A stretch of DNA of 64,000 nt from an uncultured Solirubrobacterales bacterium (GTDB lineage Bacteria > Actinomycetota > Thermoleophilia > Solirubrobacterales > 70-9). The position numbers and the translations under genes are program-made. Below, in pieces: positions 18,607 through 27,574 of this stretch (positions within the stretch are counted from its first letter, which is position 1; each line of letters opens with the position of its first letter). The notes below the pieces were generated by a model. It made no database searches and was not told where the DNA came from. It saw only the letters and a list, made by a program, of their open reading frames with translations. The stretch is taken from the NCBI GenBank assembly GCA_963740055.1, contig CAVUCL010000002.1:24849-88848 (forward strand), read 5' to 3'.

Positions 18607-19461
18607 ATGTCAGACGTCCGCACGATCGACACCCTGCACCTCGGCAACGACCGGGTGATCGCCGCGCATCTGGTCGACGGGCTGATCGTCGACCCCGGTC
18701 CGGCCTCGGCGCTCGAGCACTGGATCGACGACCTCGACCAGGAGCCGCGCGGGTTGCTGCTCACCCACATCCACCTCGATCATGCGGGAGCGACCGGGGT
18801 GCTCGTGCGACGCTGGCCGCAGCTGCGCGTCTACGTCAGCGCCGCCGGCGCGCCCCACCTCGCCGACCCCTCGCGGTTGCTCTCGAGCGCCGGGCGCCTC
18901 TACGGAGAGCAGAACATGCAGCGCCTCTGGGGCGAGGTGGCGGCGGTTCCGGAGCCCAACCTGGTCGCGCTCGACGGCGGCGAGGAGGTCGAGGGCTTCC
19001 GGGTGGAGCACACGCCCGGCCACGCGGGCCACCACGTCTGCTACCTCGACCTCGACCGCGGCGACGCCTACGTCGGCGACATGGCGGGGGTGCGGATCCC
19101 GCCCGGCGAGCACACGCTCTCACCGACCCCGCCGCCGGAGATCGACGTCGACGCCTGGCTCGACTCGATCGACCGGATCGAGGCGCTGGGGCCGGCGCGC
19201 CTGCGCCTGACCCACTTCGGCCTCGCCGAGGACGTCGGCGCCCAGTTCGAGCGCCTGCGGGCGAGCCTGCGCGCGAACGCGGAGCGAGCCCGAGCCGGCC
19301 GCGAGCCGTTCCTGGCCGCCTACGAGCGCGAGATCTCCGACCATGCCGACCCGGAGACCGCGCGCCGCGTGCGCCAGGCGACGCCGCCGGAGCAGCAGTG
19401 GCTGGGGCTCGAGCGCTACTGGCGCAAGCGCGAGGCGGCCGAGGCCGGCACGGGGGGATGA
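18607..19461 (+). CDS. MBL-fold metallo-hydrolase
   Basis: LLLTHIHLDHAGATG is the HxHxDH motif; HTPGHAGHH occurs later. An alternative ATG lies at 18579. The gene is divergent from ecm. Confidence 0.8.
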   Translation: MSDVRTIDTLHLGNDRVIAAHLVDGLIVDPGPASALEHWIDDLDQEPRGLLLTHIHLDHAGATGVLVRRWPQLRVYVSAAGAPHLADPSRLLSSAGRLYGEQNMQRLWGEVAAVPEPNLVALDGGEEVEGFRVEHTPGHAGHHVCYLDLDRGDAYVGDMAGVRIPPGEHTLSPTPPPEIDVDAWLDSIDRIEALGPARLRLTHFGLAEDVGAQFERLRASLRANAERARAGREPFLAAYEREISDHADPETARRVRQATPPEQQWLGLERYWRKREAAEAGTGG

Positions 19462-19540
19462 AATTCCGCGACCGCACCGTTGTCACCGCCGCGGTGTTGA
19501 GGGTTGGTCAGCGGCTACGCTCTCGCCGAGCCGGGAATCG

Positions 19541-20224
19541 ATGAGGAAGATCAAGCTCACACGCAATGCCCTCGCGCTCACCGCCGCGCTGCTGGCGGTG
19601 GCGATGGCGAGCTCCGCGATCGCGGCGGTGACGGTCTACACGAACGACTTCTCGAGTCGCACCGAGGCGCGCGAGATCATCAACTCGGGCGGCGGCAAGC
19701 GCTGCGACCGCAACTACCGCGAGAAGGCGAAGACCTTCCGCGCCGCGGTCAAGCGCAGCCCGACCACGTGCTCGTACCGGCCCCCGATCCAGGGCGACAA
19801 CGAGCTGCCCAACCACGACGTCAAGCTCGAGGGCAAGATCCTGAAGAAGACGACCAAGGAGCTGCGCGGCGGCGCCTTCCTCGAGCTCAGCATCCGCTCC
19901 GGCGGCGGCGGGGTCGGCTACTCGCTGCGGGTGTTCCCGAAGAAGAAGCGGTTCGAGCTCAGGCGCGGCCCGGGCGGCAGCGGGTTCCCGGTCGACGGAC
20001 GCAACTCGGCGGTGAACGGGATCAACGACCGCAACACGCTCGAGCTGATCGCGCGCGGCGCGGAGGTGCGGGCGCTCGTCAACGGCCGCGAGGTGGCGAA
20101 GGTGACCGACGAAAACCCGGGCCAGGTCTCCGGGGAGAAGATCCGCTTCGCGGTCGGCAGCCAGAAGGAAAAGAAGGGCAACGTGGTCGCGACCTTCAAG
20201 CGCATCGCGGTCGCGGTCCCGTAG
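19541..20224 (+). CDS. secreted protein, unknown function (jelly-roll/lectin-like guess)
   Basis: Internal ATG of ORF 19343..20224: MRKIKLTRNALALTAALLAVAMASSAIAA is a signal peptide. The protein is Lys-rich and beta-rich. Confidence 0.5.
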   Translation: MRKIKLTRNALALTAALLAVAMASSAIAAVTVYTNDFSSRTEAREIINSGGGKRCDRNYREKAKTFRAAVKRSPTTCSYRPPIQGDNELPNHDVKLEGKILKKTTKELRGGAFLELSIRSGGGGVGYSLRVFPKKKRFELRRGPGGSGFPVDGRNSAVNGINDRNTLELIARGAEVRALVNGREVAKVTDENPGQVSGEKIRFAVGSQKEKKGNVVATFKRIAVAVP

Positions 20225-20289
20225 GCCGGGAGCGGTCGATCGCAACCGAGACGCTCGATCGCCCGAAGGCCGGAGGGCCCGGCTCAGGG

Positions 20290-20529
20290 CTGGGCGGCAA
20301 CTGGGCGGTGATCGTCCTCAACGACGATCACAACACCTTCGACCACGTCGCCCGCACTCTCGCCCGGGTGGTACCCGGCGTCTCGCTCGAGCAGGGCCAC
20401 CGCTTCGCCGACGCGATCCACGGCTCCGGGCGCGCGATCGTCTGGAGCGGCCCGAAGGAGCCGGCGGAGCTGTACTGGGAGCAGCTCGACGGCGCCGGGC
20501 TGACGATGGCGCCGCTCGAGCAGCATTGA
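20290..20529 (+). CDS. clpS: ATP-dependent Clp protease adaptor ClpS
   Basis: WAVIVLNDDHNTFDHVARTLARVVPGVSLEQGHRFADAIHGSGRAIVWSG is the ClpS core. The start is unresolved: CTG at 20290 or GTG at 20308, with no in-frame ATG nearby. Confidence 0.7.
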   Translation: MGGNWAVIVLNDDHNTFDHVARTLARVVPGVSLEQGHRFADAIHGSGRAIVWSGPKEPAELYWEQLDGAGLTMAPLEQH

Positions 20530-20558
20530 GCTGCCCGAGCGGAGTCGTCCGCCGGCTG

Positions 20559-20897
20559 CTAGCCGGAGTGCGAGGCGCGGGCGACGCCGACGCCGTGGGC
20601 ACCGCGGCGGCGCGCGATCCGGCGCAGGCCGCCGAAGCGCTCGCGCCCGCGGAGCTGACGCGCGCGCAGCTCGAGCATCGCCCGGAGCTCGGTCGTGCGC
20701 TCGAACGGATCGGCGATCAGCGCGCCGCCGTCGATCGCGACCGCGGCGAGCAGCCGGTCGTCGATCTCGGCGCCGAGGATGCGGCCCTCGGGCGTCGGGC
20801 GGGTGTCGAGGTCGGCGAGCCTGGCGACCGCCTCGCGGTCGGCCGGATCGAGGTCCATGCGGCGGAACGTGATCTCTGTGGTTCGGGTGTCGGTCAT
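20559..20897 (-). CDS. hypothetical protein
   Basis: ATG at 20897 preceded by GAGAGGTG. 112 aa (MTDTRTTEITFRRMDLDPADREAVARLADLD...). Divergent from the LysR gene. Confidence 0.45.
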   Translation of the reverse strand: MTDTRTTEITFRRMDLDPADREAVARLADLDTRPTPEGRILGAEIDDRLLAAVAIDGGALIADPFERTTELRAMLELRARQLRGRERFGGLRRIARRRGAHGVGVARASHSG

Positions 20898-21028
20898 CTG
20901 CTTCACCTCTCTCGGTTCGCCTCGTTCGCTTTCGGTAACGGACGGGGTGGTGGATTCGTGAGGCCATGTTCGCTCGCAGGTGCTATTAGCGCAACACAGA
21001 TTGCTGCTGGACTTGATAAGGTGACCTT

Positions 21029-21967
21029 ATGCTTGATGTGAAGCGGCTGCGGATCCTGCGCGAGGTCGCTCGCCAGGGCTCGTTCTCGGCCGCTGCCGAC
21101 GAGCTCTACCTCTCGCAATCCGCGGTCAGCCAGCAGATCGCGACGCTCGAGCGCGAGGTCGCGATGCGGCTGCTCGACCGCACCCGCGAGGGCCCGAAGC
21201 TGACCGAGGCCGGGCGGGTGCTCGTCTGTCACGCCGAGGCAGCGATCGCCCGCCTCGACGAGGCCGAGCGTGAGCTCGCCGCGATCGCCGGGCTCGAGGG
21301 CGGCGAGCTGCGGATGGCCAGCTTCCCGTCGGCGAGCGCGACCCTGGTCACCGAGGCGGTGGCGAGCTTCAACGGCCGCCACCCGAACGTCCGCCTCGCG
21401 ATCACCGACGCCGAGCCGGAGGACTCGCTGCCGCGCCTGCGCGCCGGCGAGCTCGACCTCGCGCTCGCCGTCGACTACCCGTCAGTGCCGATGGCCGAGG
21501 AGCGCGATCTGGAGCTCACGCTCGTGCTCGAGGAGTCGATGTACGTCGCCCTGCCGAAGGATCACGAGCTCGCCGAGCGCGAGGTCGTGCCGCTGGCTCA
21601 GCTCGCCGAGGCGGCGTGGCTCTGCGGCTCGCGCCCGAGCACGTGCGGCGAGGCCGTGTTCAGGCTCTGTCGCGAGTCGGGGTTCGAGCCGCGGATCGGG
21701 TTCGAGACCGACGACTACCACGTCATGCAGGGCTTCATCTCGGCCGGGCTCGGGGTGACGCTGCTGCCCGACCTCGCGCTCCCGACCCTGCATCCGGGGG
21801 TCCTCGTCCGGGCGACCGATCCGCCGACCCCGACGCGGCGCGTCTGGGCGGCTACCCGCGCCGAGGGAGCCCGCTCGCCGGCGACCGAGGCGATGGTCTC
21901 GACCCTGGTCGAGGTCGGCGCCGCATTCGCCGCGCGCAGCCGAGAGCGCCTGCGACTGGTCGCCTAG
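21029..21967 (+). CDS. LysR family transcriptional regulator
   Basis: MLDVKRLRILREVARQGSFSAAADELYLSQSAVSQQIATLE is the N-terminal HTH. The C-terminal part is a LysR substrate-binding domain. Confidence 0.9.
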   Translation: MLDVKRLRILREVARQGSFSAAADELYLSQSAVSQQIATLEREVAMRLLDRTREGPKLTEAGRVLVCHAEAAIARLDEAERELAAIAGLEGGELRMASFPSASATLVTEAVASFNGRHPNVRLAITDAEPEDSLPRLRAGELDLALAVDYPSVPMAEERDLELTLVLEESMYVALPKDHELAEREVVPLAQLAEAAWLCGSRPSTCGEAVFRLCRESGFEPRIGFETDDYHVMQGFISAGLGVTLLPDLALPTLHPGVLVRATDPPTPTRRVWAATRAEGARSPATEAMVSTLVEVGAAFAARSRERLRLVA

Positions 21968-21977
21968 CGCGGCCGCG

Positions 21978-22295
21978 CTAGGAGCGGCCGTTGGAGGCCT
22001 GGACCGCGGCGTCGGCGACCTGCGCGTGCCAGTGTGCCTCGATCGGCTTGTGGTAGTAGGGGAGCGCGGCCTGGCGCAGCGCCGAGAGCTCGTCCGAGAA
22101 CCACCAGCGCTCGTGGTCGGCGCGGTCCTCCCACATCGTCACCTGGCGCAGGTGCAGGGTGTCGTCCTCGTTTCGGCTCAAAAACGCGCCCTTGGCGCCG
22201 AACGCGAGTGCGCGGTCGAGCGCCGGGCTCCAGACCTCGATGAAGCGGTCGCGCCGAAACGGGGTCACGTGCCACTCGATGTAGTGGACCTCCAT
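21978..22295 (-). CDS. small ABM/Dabb-like alpha+beta barrel protein (tentative)
   Basis: Internal ATG of ORF 21978..22520: MEVHYIEWHVTPFRRDRFIEVWSPALDRALAFGAKGAFLSRNEDDTLHLRQVTMWEDRADHERWW. It starts 14 nt downstream of the ccr stop. Confidence 0.5.
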   Translation of the reverse strand: MEVHYIEWHVTPFRRDRFIEVWSPALDRALAFGAKGAFLSRNEDDTLHLRQVTMWEDRADHERWWFSDELSALRQAALPYYHKPIEAHWHAQVADAAVQASNGRS

Positions 22296-22309
22296 CGCAG
22301 CGAAGCCTA

Positions 22310-23578
22310 TTACGCGCCGACCTCGGCCCAGATCGCGCCCTCGCCCTCCTCGTGGCGACCGTCGGTGTCGGACTCGGCACCGACCCGGATCGCGATCTTG
22401 CCGGCGTGCTTGTTCTCGTGCATGAGCTGATGGGCGCCGGGGACGCCGTCGAAGTCCATCGACTGCCAGAGCACCGGCCGGACCTTGCCCTCGGCCATGA
22501 GCTGGTTCGCGCGCATGCACTCATAGGCGTTGGCGAAGTGCGAGCCGAGGATCTCCTTCTGCTTCATCCACAGGTAGCGGACGTCGAAGTCGAGCGTGTA
22601 CCCCGAGGTCGCGCCGCAGATCACGACCTTGCCGAACGGCTTCACCGTGAACACCGAGGTCGGGAAGGTCGCCTGGCCGACGTGCTCGAAGACGATGTCG
22701 GGCGCGTCGCCGAGGATCGACTTGACCCGCTTCGCGAACTCTCGCGAGGCCTTGAAGCGCTCCTTGTCGGCGGCCGGGTCGACCGCCGGATGGTTGGCGT
22801 CGGAGCGCATCATCGCGCCGAACTCGTTGCGATTGACGTAGTCGACCGCGCCCAGCTTGCGCACCAGCTCCCCCTTCTCGTCGGAGGAGACGACGCCGAC
22901 CGCGTTCGCGCCGGCGGCGGCGCAGATCTGGGTCGCGAACACGCCGAGCCCGCCGGCGGCGCCCCAGATCAGCACGTTGTGGCCCGCCTGCAGCCTGCAG
23001 CGATCGATCAGCATCCGGTAGGCGGTGAAGTAGGTGAGTCCGTACGAGGACGACTCGACCCAGGAGAGGTTGCGCGGCTTCGGCAGCAGCTGCTGGGCCT
23101 GGACCTTGGTGAACTGGGCGAACGAGCCCCAGGTCGTCTCGTAGCCCCAGATCTCCTGGCTCGGAGCGGCCATCGGGTCCAGCCCGTGGACCTCGACGTC
23201 CTCGTAGGAGGCCTGGTTGCAGTGGACGACGACCTCGTCGCCGGGCTTCCACTTGGTCACGCCCTCGCCGACCTTCCAGACGATCCCGGAGGCGTCGGAG
23301 CCGCCGATGTGGTGCCCGAACTCGGGGTGGTCGCCGTAGCCGAACACGGACACCGGCTTGCCGAGCGAGGCCCAGACGTTGTTGAAGTTGACCCCCGCGG
23401 CCATCACCCGGACGATGACCTCGAAAGCGCCCGGCTCGGGCACCTCGATCTGCTCGAGCTGGAACGCGTCCTTGGGCTCGCCCTCGCGCTCCTGGCGGAT
23501 CACCCACGCCGCCATCGTCTCGGGCAGGGTGCCCGGCTCCACGTCGAGCTTCGACACCTCGGTCACGTCAACTGCCAC
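22310..23578 (-). CDS. ccr: crotonyl-CoA carboxylase/reductase
   Basis: GTG at 23578 with GAGGAG upstream. VMAAGVNFNNVWASLGKPVSVFGY, IWGYETTWGSFAQF, LIWGAAGGLG, CGATSGYTLDFDVRYLWMKQKEILGSHFAN are CCR hallmarks. Confidence 0.85.
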   Translation of the reverse strand: MAVDVTEVSKLDVEPGTLPETMAAWVIRQEREGEPKDAFQLEQIEVPEPGAFEVIVRVMAAGVNFNNVWASLGKPVSVFGYGDHPEFGHHIGGSDASGIVWKVGEGVTKWKPGDEVVVHCNQASYEDVEVHGLDPMAAPSQEIWGYETTWGSFAQFTKVQAQQLLPKPRNLSWVESSSYGLTYFTAYRMLIDRCRLQAGHNVLIWGAAGGLGVFATQICAAAGANAVGVVSSDEKGELVRKLGAVDYVNRNEFGAMMRSDANHPAVDPAADKERFKASREFAKRVKSILGDAPDIVFEHVGQATFPTSVFTVKPFGKVVICGATSGYTLDFDVRYLWMKQKEILGSHFANAYECMRANQLMAEGKVRPVLWQSMDFDGVPGAHQLMHENKHAGKIAIRVGAESDTDGRHEEGEGAIWAEVGA

Positions 23579-23667
23579 GGTTCTCCTCTGGTCGCGGTCG
23601 GCGGAAAAGCGGCCGAATCGTAGCGTCAGCTTCGCGTCCGGGCCCCCGACTACCTTCGTGAGTCCAG

Positions 23668-24969
23668 ATGGAAGCCTCCGAGCGCCCACAACTCCCCCTC
23701 GACGAGATCGCCGACGGCACCGTCCGCGCGCTCGCCGACCGGCTCGTGATCGAGTCGTTGACGGTCGACGACGAGCGCGCCGCGAGGCTGGTGCGCGAGC
23801 GCGCGGAGGCCGGCCACGTTCCGGCGCAGACGGTTCGCGACGCGATCGAGATCGGTGCCCGGGTGCTCGAGCGCGAGGGCACCGCGGCCGAGGTCGACTA
23901 CGTGCGGGCCGAGTTCGAGCGCCACGCGTCCGAGCTTCGCGAACGACTCGGCAAGGCGCTCGAGGCCGGCGACGAGATGCTCGCCGAGCGGATCACGCTG
24001 ACCTTCGACGGCAGCCGTGACGGCTCGGTGCAGAAGGAGATCGACACGCTGGTCAAGCAGGCGCTGATCGACCAGCGGGACGCGCTGTTGAAGCTGTTCT
24101 CCGCGCAGGAGGGGTCGAACCCGCTGTTCGACTTCAAGGACGCGATGGTCAAGGTCTACCGCGAGCTCGGCAACCGCCAGCAGGCCGAGGGCGAGGAGAA
24201 CCGCAAGGTGATCGGCGAGCTGCGCCGCGAGCTGCTCGAGCTCAAGGAGCGCAGCGACGCCGACGACCGGGTCGCGGAGGAGGCCGAGCGCGGGACGGCG
24301 AAGGGCCGCAGCTTCGAGGAGCTCGTGCACGCTGCGCTCGAGGAGATCGCCGCCGGGCACGGCGACGCCGCCCATCACGTCGGCGACGAGTCCTCGGAGT
24401 CGGGGGGCAAGAAGGGCGACACGGTGGTCGAGATCGGCGGCGCCACCGGCACCGCGGTCGCCACCGTCGTGTTCGAGGCCAAGAACAAGAAGCTGAGCCG
24501 CAACGACGCCTGGACCGAGCTCAACGGCTGTATGGGTGAGCGCGACGCCGTCTACGCGGTGCTCGTCGTCGCCGGCGACGACAAGGTCCCGTCAGGTCTC
24601 GAGGAGCTGACCGAGTACCAGGGCAACAAGATCATCGCCGTGCTCGACCGCGAGGACCCCGACCCGCTCGCGCTGCGGCTCGTCTATCGCTACGTGCGCG
24701 CCCGCGTGCTGGCGACGACCGAGTCCGGGCTCGACGTCGACGCGGCGGGCGTCCGCGACGCCGCCGAGGAGGCGGCGGCGCGCCTGAAGCGCGCCAACCG
24801 GGTGCGCAAGTCGCTGACCAACGTCACCAACAGCGCCGACGCCGCGCGCGCGGAGTTCGACGAGATGGTCGGCGACGTCGAGCGGTGCCTGGCGCGGATC
24901 GAGTCGCTGGTCGCCGCCGCGGCGCTGGCGGAGTCGGCGCCCGAGAGCCCCGAGCAGCTCGGGATCTAG
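23668..24969 (+). CDS. coiled-coil protein with C-terminal PD-(D/E)xK-like nuclease motif (DUF2130/RmuC-like)
   Basis: 433 aa. Long Glu/Arg/Leu-rich helical N-terminal half, then KGRSFEELVHAALEEIA...KKGDTVVEI...VVFEAKNKKLSRNDAW...AVLVVAG. This gives a D...ExK arrangement. Confidence 0.5.
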   Translation: MEASERPQLPLDEIADGTVRALADRLVIESLTVDDERAARLVRERAEAGHVPAQTVRDAIEIGARVLEREGTAAEVDYVRAEFERHASELRERLGKALEAGDEMLAERITLTFDGSRDGSVQKEIDTLVKQALIDQRDALLKLFSAQEGSNPLFDFKDAMVKVYRELGNRQQAEGEENRKVIGELRRELLELKERSDADDRVAEEAERGTAKGRSFEELVHAALEEIAAGHGDAAHHVGDESSESGGKKGDTVVEIGGATGTAVATVVFEAKNKKLSRNDAWTELNGCMGERDAVYAVLVVAGDDKVPSGLEELTEYQGNKIIAVLDREDPDPLALRLVYRYVRARVLATTESGLDVDAAGVRDAAEEAAARLKRANRVRKSLTNVTNSADAARAEFDEMVGDVERCLARIESLVAAAALAESAPESPEQLGI

Positions 24970-24973
24970 AGAT

Positions 24974-25405
24974 CTAGGGCAGCAGGAGCTCGTTCTGAGC
25001 GCTCTCGCGCTCGGGGCCGACCTCGAGCTTGCCGTCGCGCGGGCCCGCGTCCTCGCCGGCCGAGACCACGTACTTACCCTCCTCGAGGGTCGTCTTCAGG
25101 CTCCCGGTCGCCCCGGGCGCGATCTCGGCGCTCTCGGCGTCGGTCGGCCCTTCGAGCACGAGCGCGGCCGGTTCGGAGGACTGGTTCGAGATCGTCATCG
25201 CGGCGAGTCCCGCGCCGACGTCGCTCGCCTTGCTCGGACTGACCTTGACCGCCTCGTCGTTGATCAGCGCGGTGAGCTCGATTGTCGACGGCGGGCGGGG
25301 CTGGTTCTCGAAGTCGTCCTCGCCGCAGGCCGCGATCGCGACCGCGACCGCGATCGCCGCGACCGCCCCGATCAGCCTGCTCCTCGCGCCCATGCTGGAA
25401 GCCAC
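24974..25405 (-). CDS. lipoprotein, unknown function
   Basis: LIGAVAAIAVAVAIAACGEDD contains a lipobox. The small beta-rich domain is cupredoxin-like in size only. Confidence 0.55.
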   Translation of the reverse strand: MASSMGARSRLIGAVAAIAVAVAIAACGEDDFENQPRPPSTIELTALINDEAVKVSPSKASDVGAGLAAMTISNQSSEPAALVLEGPTDAESAEIAPGATGSLKTTLEEGKYVVSAGEDAGPRDGKLEVGPERESAQNELLLP

Positions 25406-25445
25406 CCTAATACAGCCGAGCGCGCCCCGGCGCCGGTCGCCGCTC

Positions 25446-26391
25446 CTAGAACGGCAGCTCGACGACGGTCGCCTCGGTCGCCTCGCCGACGGCGACCGTG
25501 GCCCCCGGCTCGCCCTCGCGGCGCACGATCGCGAGCGCGATCGGGCCGAGGGCGGGGGAGACGACCGCGGTCCCGACCGAGCCGAGCTCGCGCTCGCCGA
25601 GCCGGATCGGATCGCCGTCGCGAACCGGCTCGCCCAGCCGCAGCCCCCGCAGGCGGCGGTTCGGCTTGCCCCTGTAGTGCAGGCGGGCGACGGTCTCCTG
25701 ACCGATGTAACAGCCCTTGCTGAAGCTGACCGCGCGCTCGTTGATGCCCGCCTCCTGGGGGATCGTCGCGCCCGTCATCTCGCGCCCGAAGCGTGGGCGC
25801 CCGCTCTCGACCCGCACGATCTCGGCCGCCTCCTCGCTCACCGGCTCCGCCCCCGCAGCGGCGAGCGCGGCGAGCAGGTCGTCGACGGCCGCGGGGCGCG
25901 ACCAGCAGGTCGACGCCGAGGTCGGTGGCGACCGCGCGGACGGTGTGGGGCCCGACCTCGGCCTCGCGATGGGCGTGCTCGGGGCCGAGCGGGCCGCCGA
26001 GCGCGAGCTCGATCGCCGCCGGGCCGACCACCGAGACGATCGCGCGCTCGTCGCTGATCTCCTCCAGCGTCACCTCGCGCCCGATCTTGTACATGCCGAG
26101 GTGGCGCAGGATCGCGTCGCCGGCGATCTCCTCGGTATCGATCTCGAAGCCGTCGGCGGTGCGCAGGACGCGCATGTCGCCCTGCATGTGGCCCTTGCGG
26201 TCGAGCAGCGCCGAGTAGCAGCCGCCCCCGGGCTCGAGCGCCTCGACGTCGTTGGTGAGCTGGCCCTGCAGGTACTCGGCCGCCTCGTCGCCGCCGACGA
26301 CGAGCGAGCGGCGGCCGCCGCGCGCGAGCGCTCCGGCCGCTTCGCGCAGGGCGCGGTACTGACCGTCGAGCTCGATCGCGACGCCGCTCAT
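25446..26391 (-). pseudogene. ygfZ: YgfZ/CAF17-type folate-binding protein (GcvT-like), interrupted by one frameshift
   Basis: The N-terminal half (MSGVAIELDGQYRALRE...YLQGQLTNDV...) is in ORF 25372..26589. The C-terminal half (...RPRFGREM...FSKGCYIGQETVARLHYRG) is in ORF 25446..25841. The total of 946 nt is not a multiple of 3, and the frames join across the G4 run at 25893-25896. Confidence 0.75.
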
Positions 26392-26449
26392 CGAGTCGAT
26401 TCTGACAGCGGTTGTCGCGGCGTTCTTTTGATCTGTCAAAATATTCGTT

Positions 26450-27574
26450 GTGGCGCAACGAAATTCCAACGACGAGCTGCCGGCACCGGCCTCGCGCGGG
26501 GCGATCAGCCGGCGCAAGCTGCTCGCCGGGGGACTGCTCGCGGCCCCGACCCTCGCGCTCCTGCACGAGACCGTCCCCCACCAGGGCATTCACGACGCGC
26601 TCGGGGGTCAACAGGGCGCCTCGGCCCTCGCCAGCTCCGAGCACTCCGGCGCTCACGCCGGGGTGCCCGGCCACACCGGCGGCGGGGTCACCGGCCCGAC
26701 GTTTCGCGAGGGTGAGACCGTCGACCACGGCGCCAACGGCTTCAACCCGACCGAGATCCTGCGCGACTTCGACTACGGCAAGACCCGCCGGCTGGCGAGC
26801 GGGCGCGTGCTTCGCGAGTGGGTGGTGGTCGCCGCCGACAAGGAGATCGAGGTCGCGCCCGGAGTCAGCTTCCCGGCCTGGACCTACAACGGCCGCGTCC
26901 CCGGCCCGACGCTTCGCTGTCAGGAGGGCGAGCGGCTGCGGATTCGGTTCGCCAACGGCTCCGAGCACCCGCACACGATCCACTTCCACGGCATCCATCC
27001 GGCGGCGATGGACGGGATCCCCGGCAGCGGCGACGGGATCATCGAGCCGGGGAAGTCGACCGTCTACGAGTTCGACGCGGAGCCGTTCGGCCTCCACCTC
27101 TACCACTGCCACGTCGCGCCGCTCGCCGAGCACATCGCGCGCGGGATGTACGGCACCTTCATCGTCGACCCGAAGCAGGGCCGGCCCGAGGCCGACGAGA
27201 TGGTGATGGTGCAGCACGGCTACAACACGACCTTCGACGCCGAGGGCAACCAGCTCTACGCCGTCAACGGGATCCCGTTCCACTACATGCACGAGCCGAT
27301 CCGGGTGCGCCGCGACGAGCTCGTCCGCATCTACCTGGTCAACGCGCTCGAGTACGACCCGATCAACTCGTTCCACATCCACGCCAACTTCTTCGAGTAC
27401 TACCCGACCGGCACCCGGCTCGAGCCGACCGAGTTCACCGACACCGTGATCCAGGGACAGGCCCAGCGCGGGATCTGCGAGCTGCGGTTCCCGCACCAGG
27501 GGGAGTTCATGTTCCACGCCCACAAGACCGAGTTCGCCGAGCTCGGCTGGATGGGCTTCTTCGAGGTCGAGTGA
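26450..27574 (+). CDS. Tat-exported two-domain multicopper oxidase (nitrite-reductase-like cupredoxin pair)
   Basis: The twin-arginine motif is SRRKLLAGG. Copper ligand motifs are HTIHFHG, LYHCHVAPLAEHIARGM and HIHANFF...FHAH. Confidence 0.8.
   Translation: MAQRNSNDELPAPASRGAISRRKLLAGGLLAAPTLALLHETVPHQGIHDALGGQQGASALASSEHSGAHAGVPGHTGGGVTGPTFREGETVDHGANGFNPTEILRDFDYGKTRRLASGRVLREWVVVAADKEIEVAPGVSFPAWTYNGRVPGPTLRCQEGERLRIRFANGSEHPHTIHFHGIHPAAMDGIPGSGDGIIEPGKSTVYEFDAEPFGLHLYHCHVAPLAEHIARGMYGTFIVDPKQGRPEADEMVMVQHGYNTTFDAEGNQLYAVNGIPFHYMHEPIRVRRDELVRIYLVNALEYDPINSFHIHANFFEYYPTGTRLEPTEFTDTVIQGQAQRGICELRFPHQGEFMFHAHKTEFAELGWMGFFEVE

Noticed and set aside
16183-19461. 1092-aa ORF on the plus strand
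   Set aside because: Most of it is antisense to the well-supported ecm and GNAT genes. It has the Arg/Gly/Asp-rich composition of out-of-frame high-GC sequence. Only its last ~285 codons (the MBL-fold hydrolase) look real. The same reasoning rejects 15935..17977(-), 27400..29568(-), 9697..11715(+) upstream of 11350, 25838..27523(-), 45014..47062(-) and similar long shadow ORFs.
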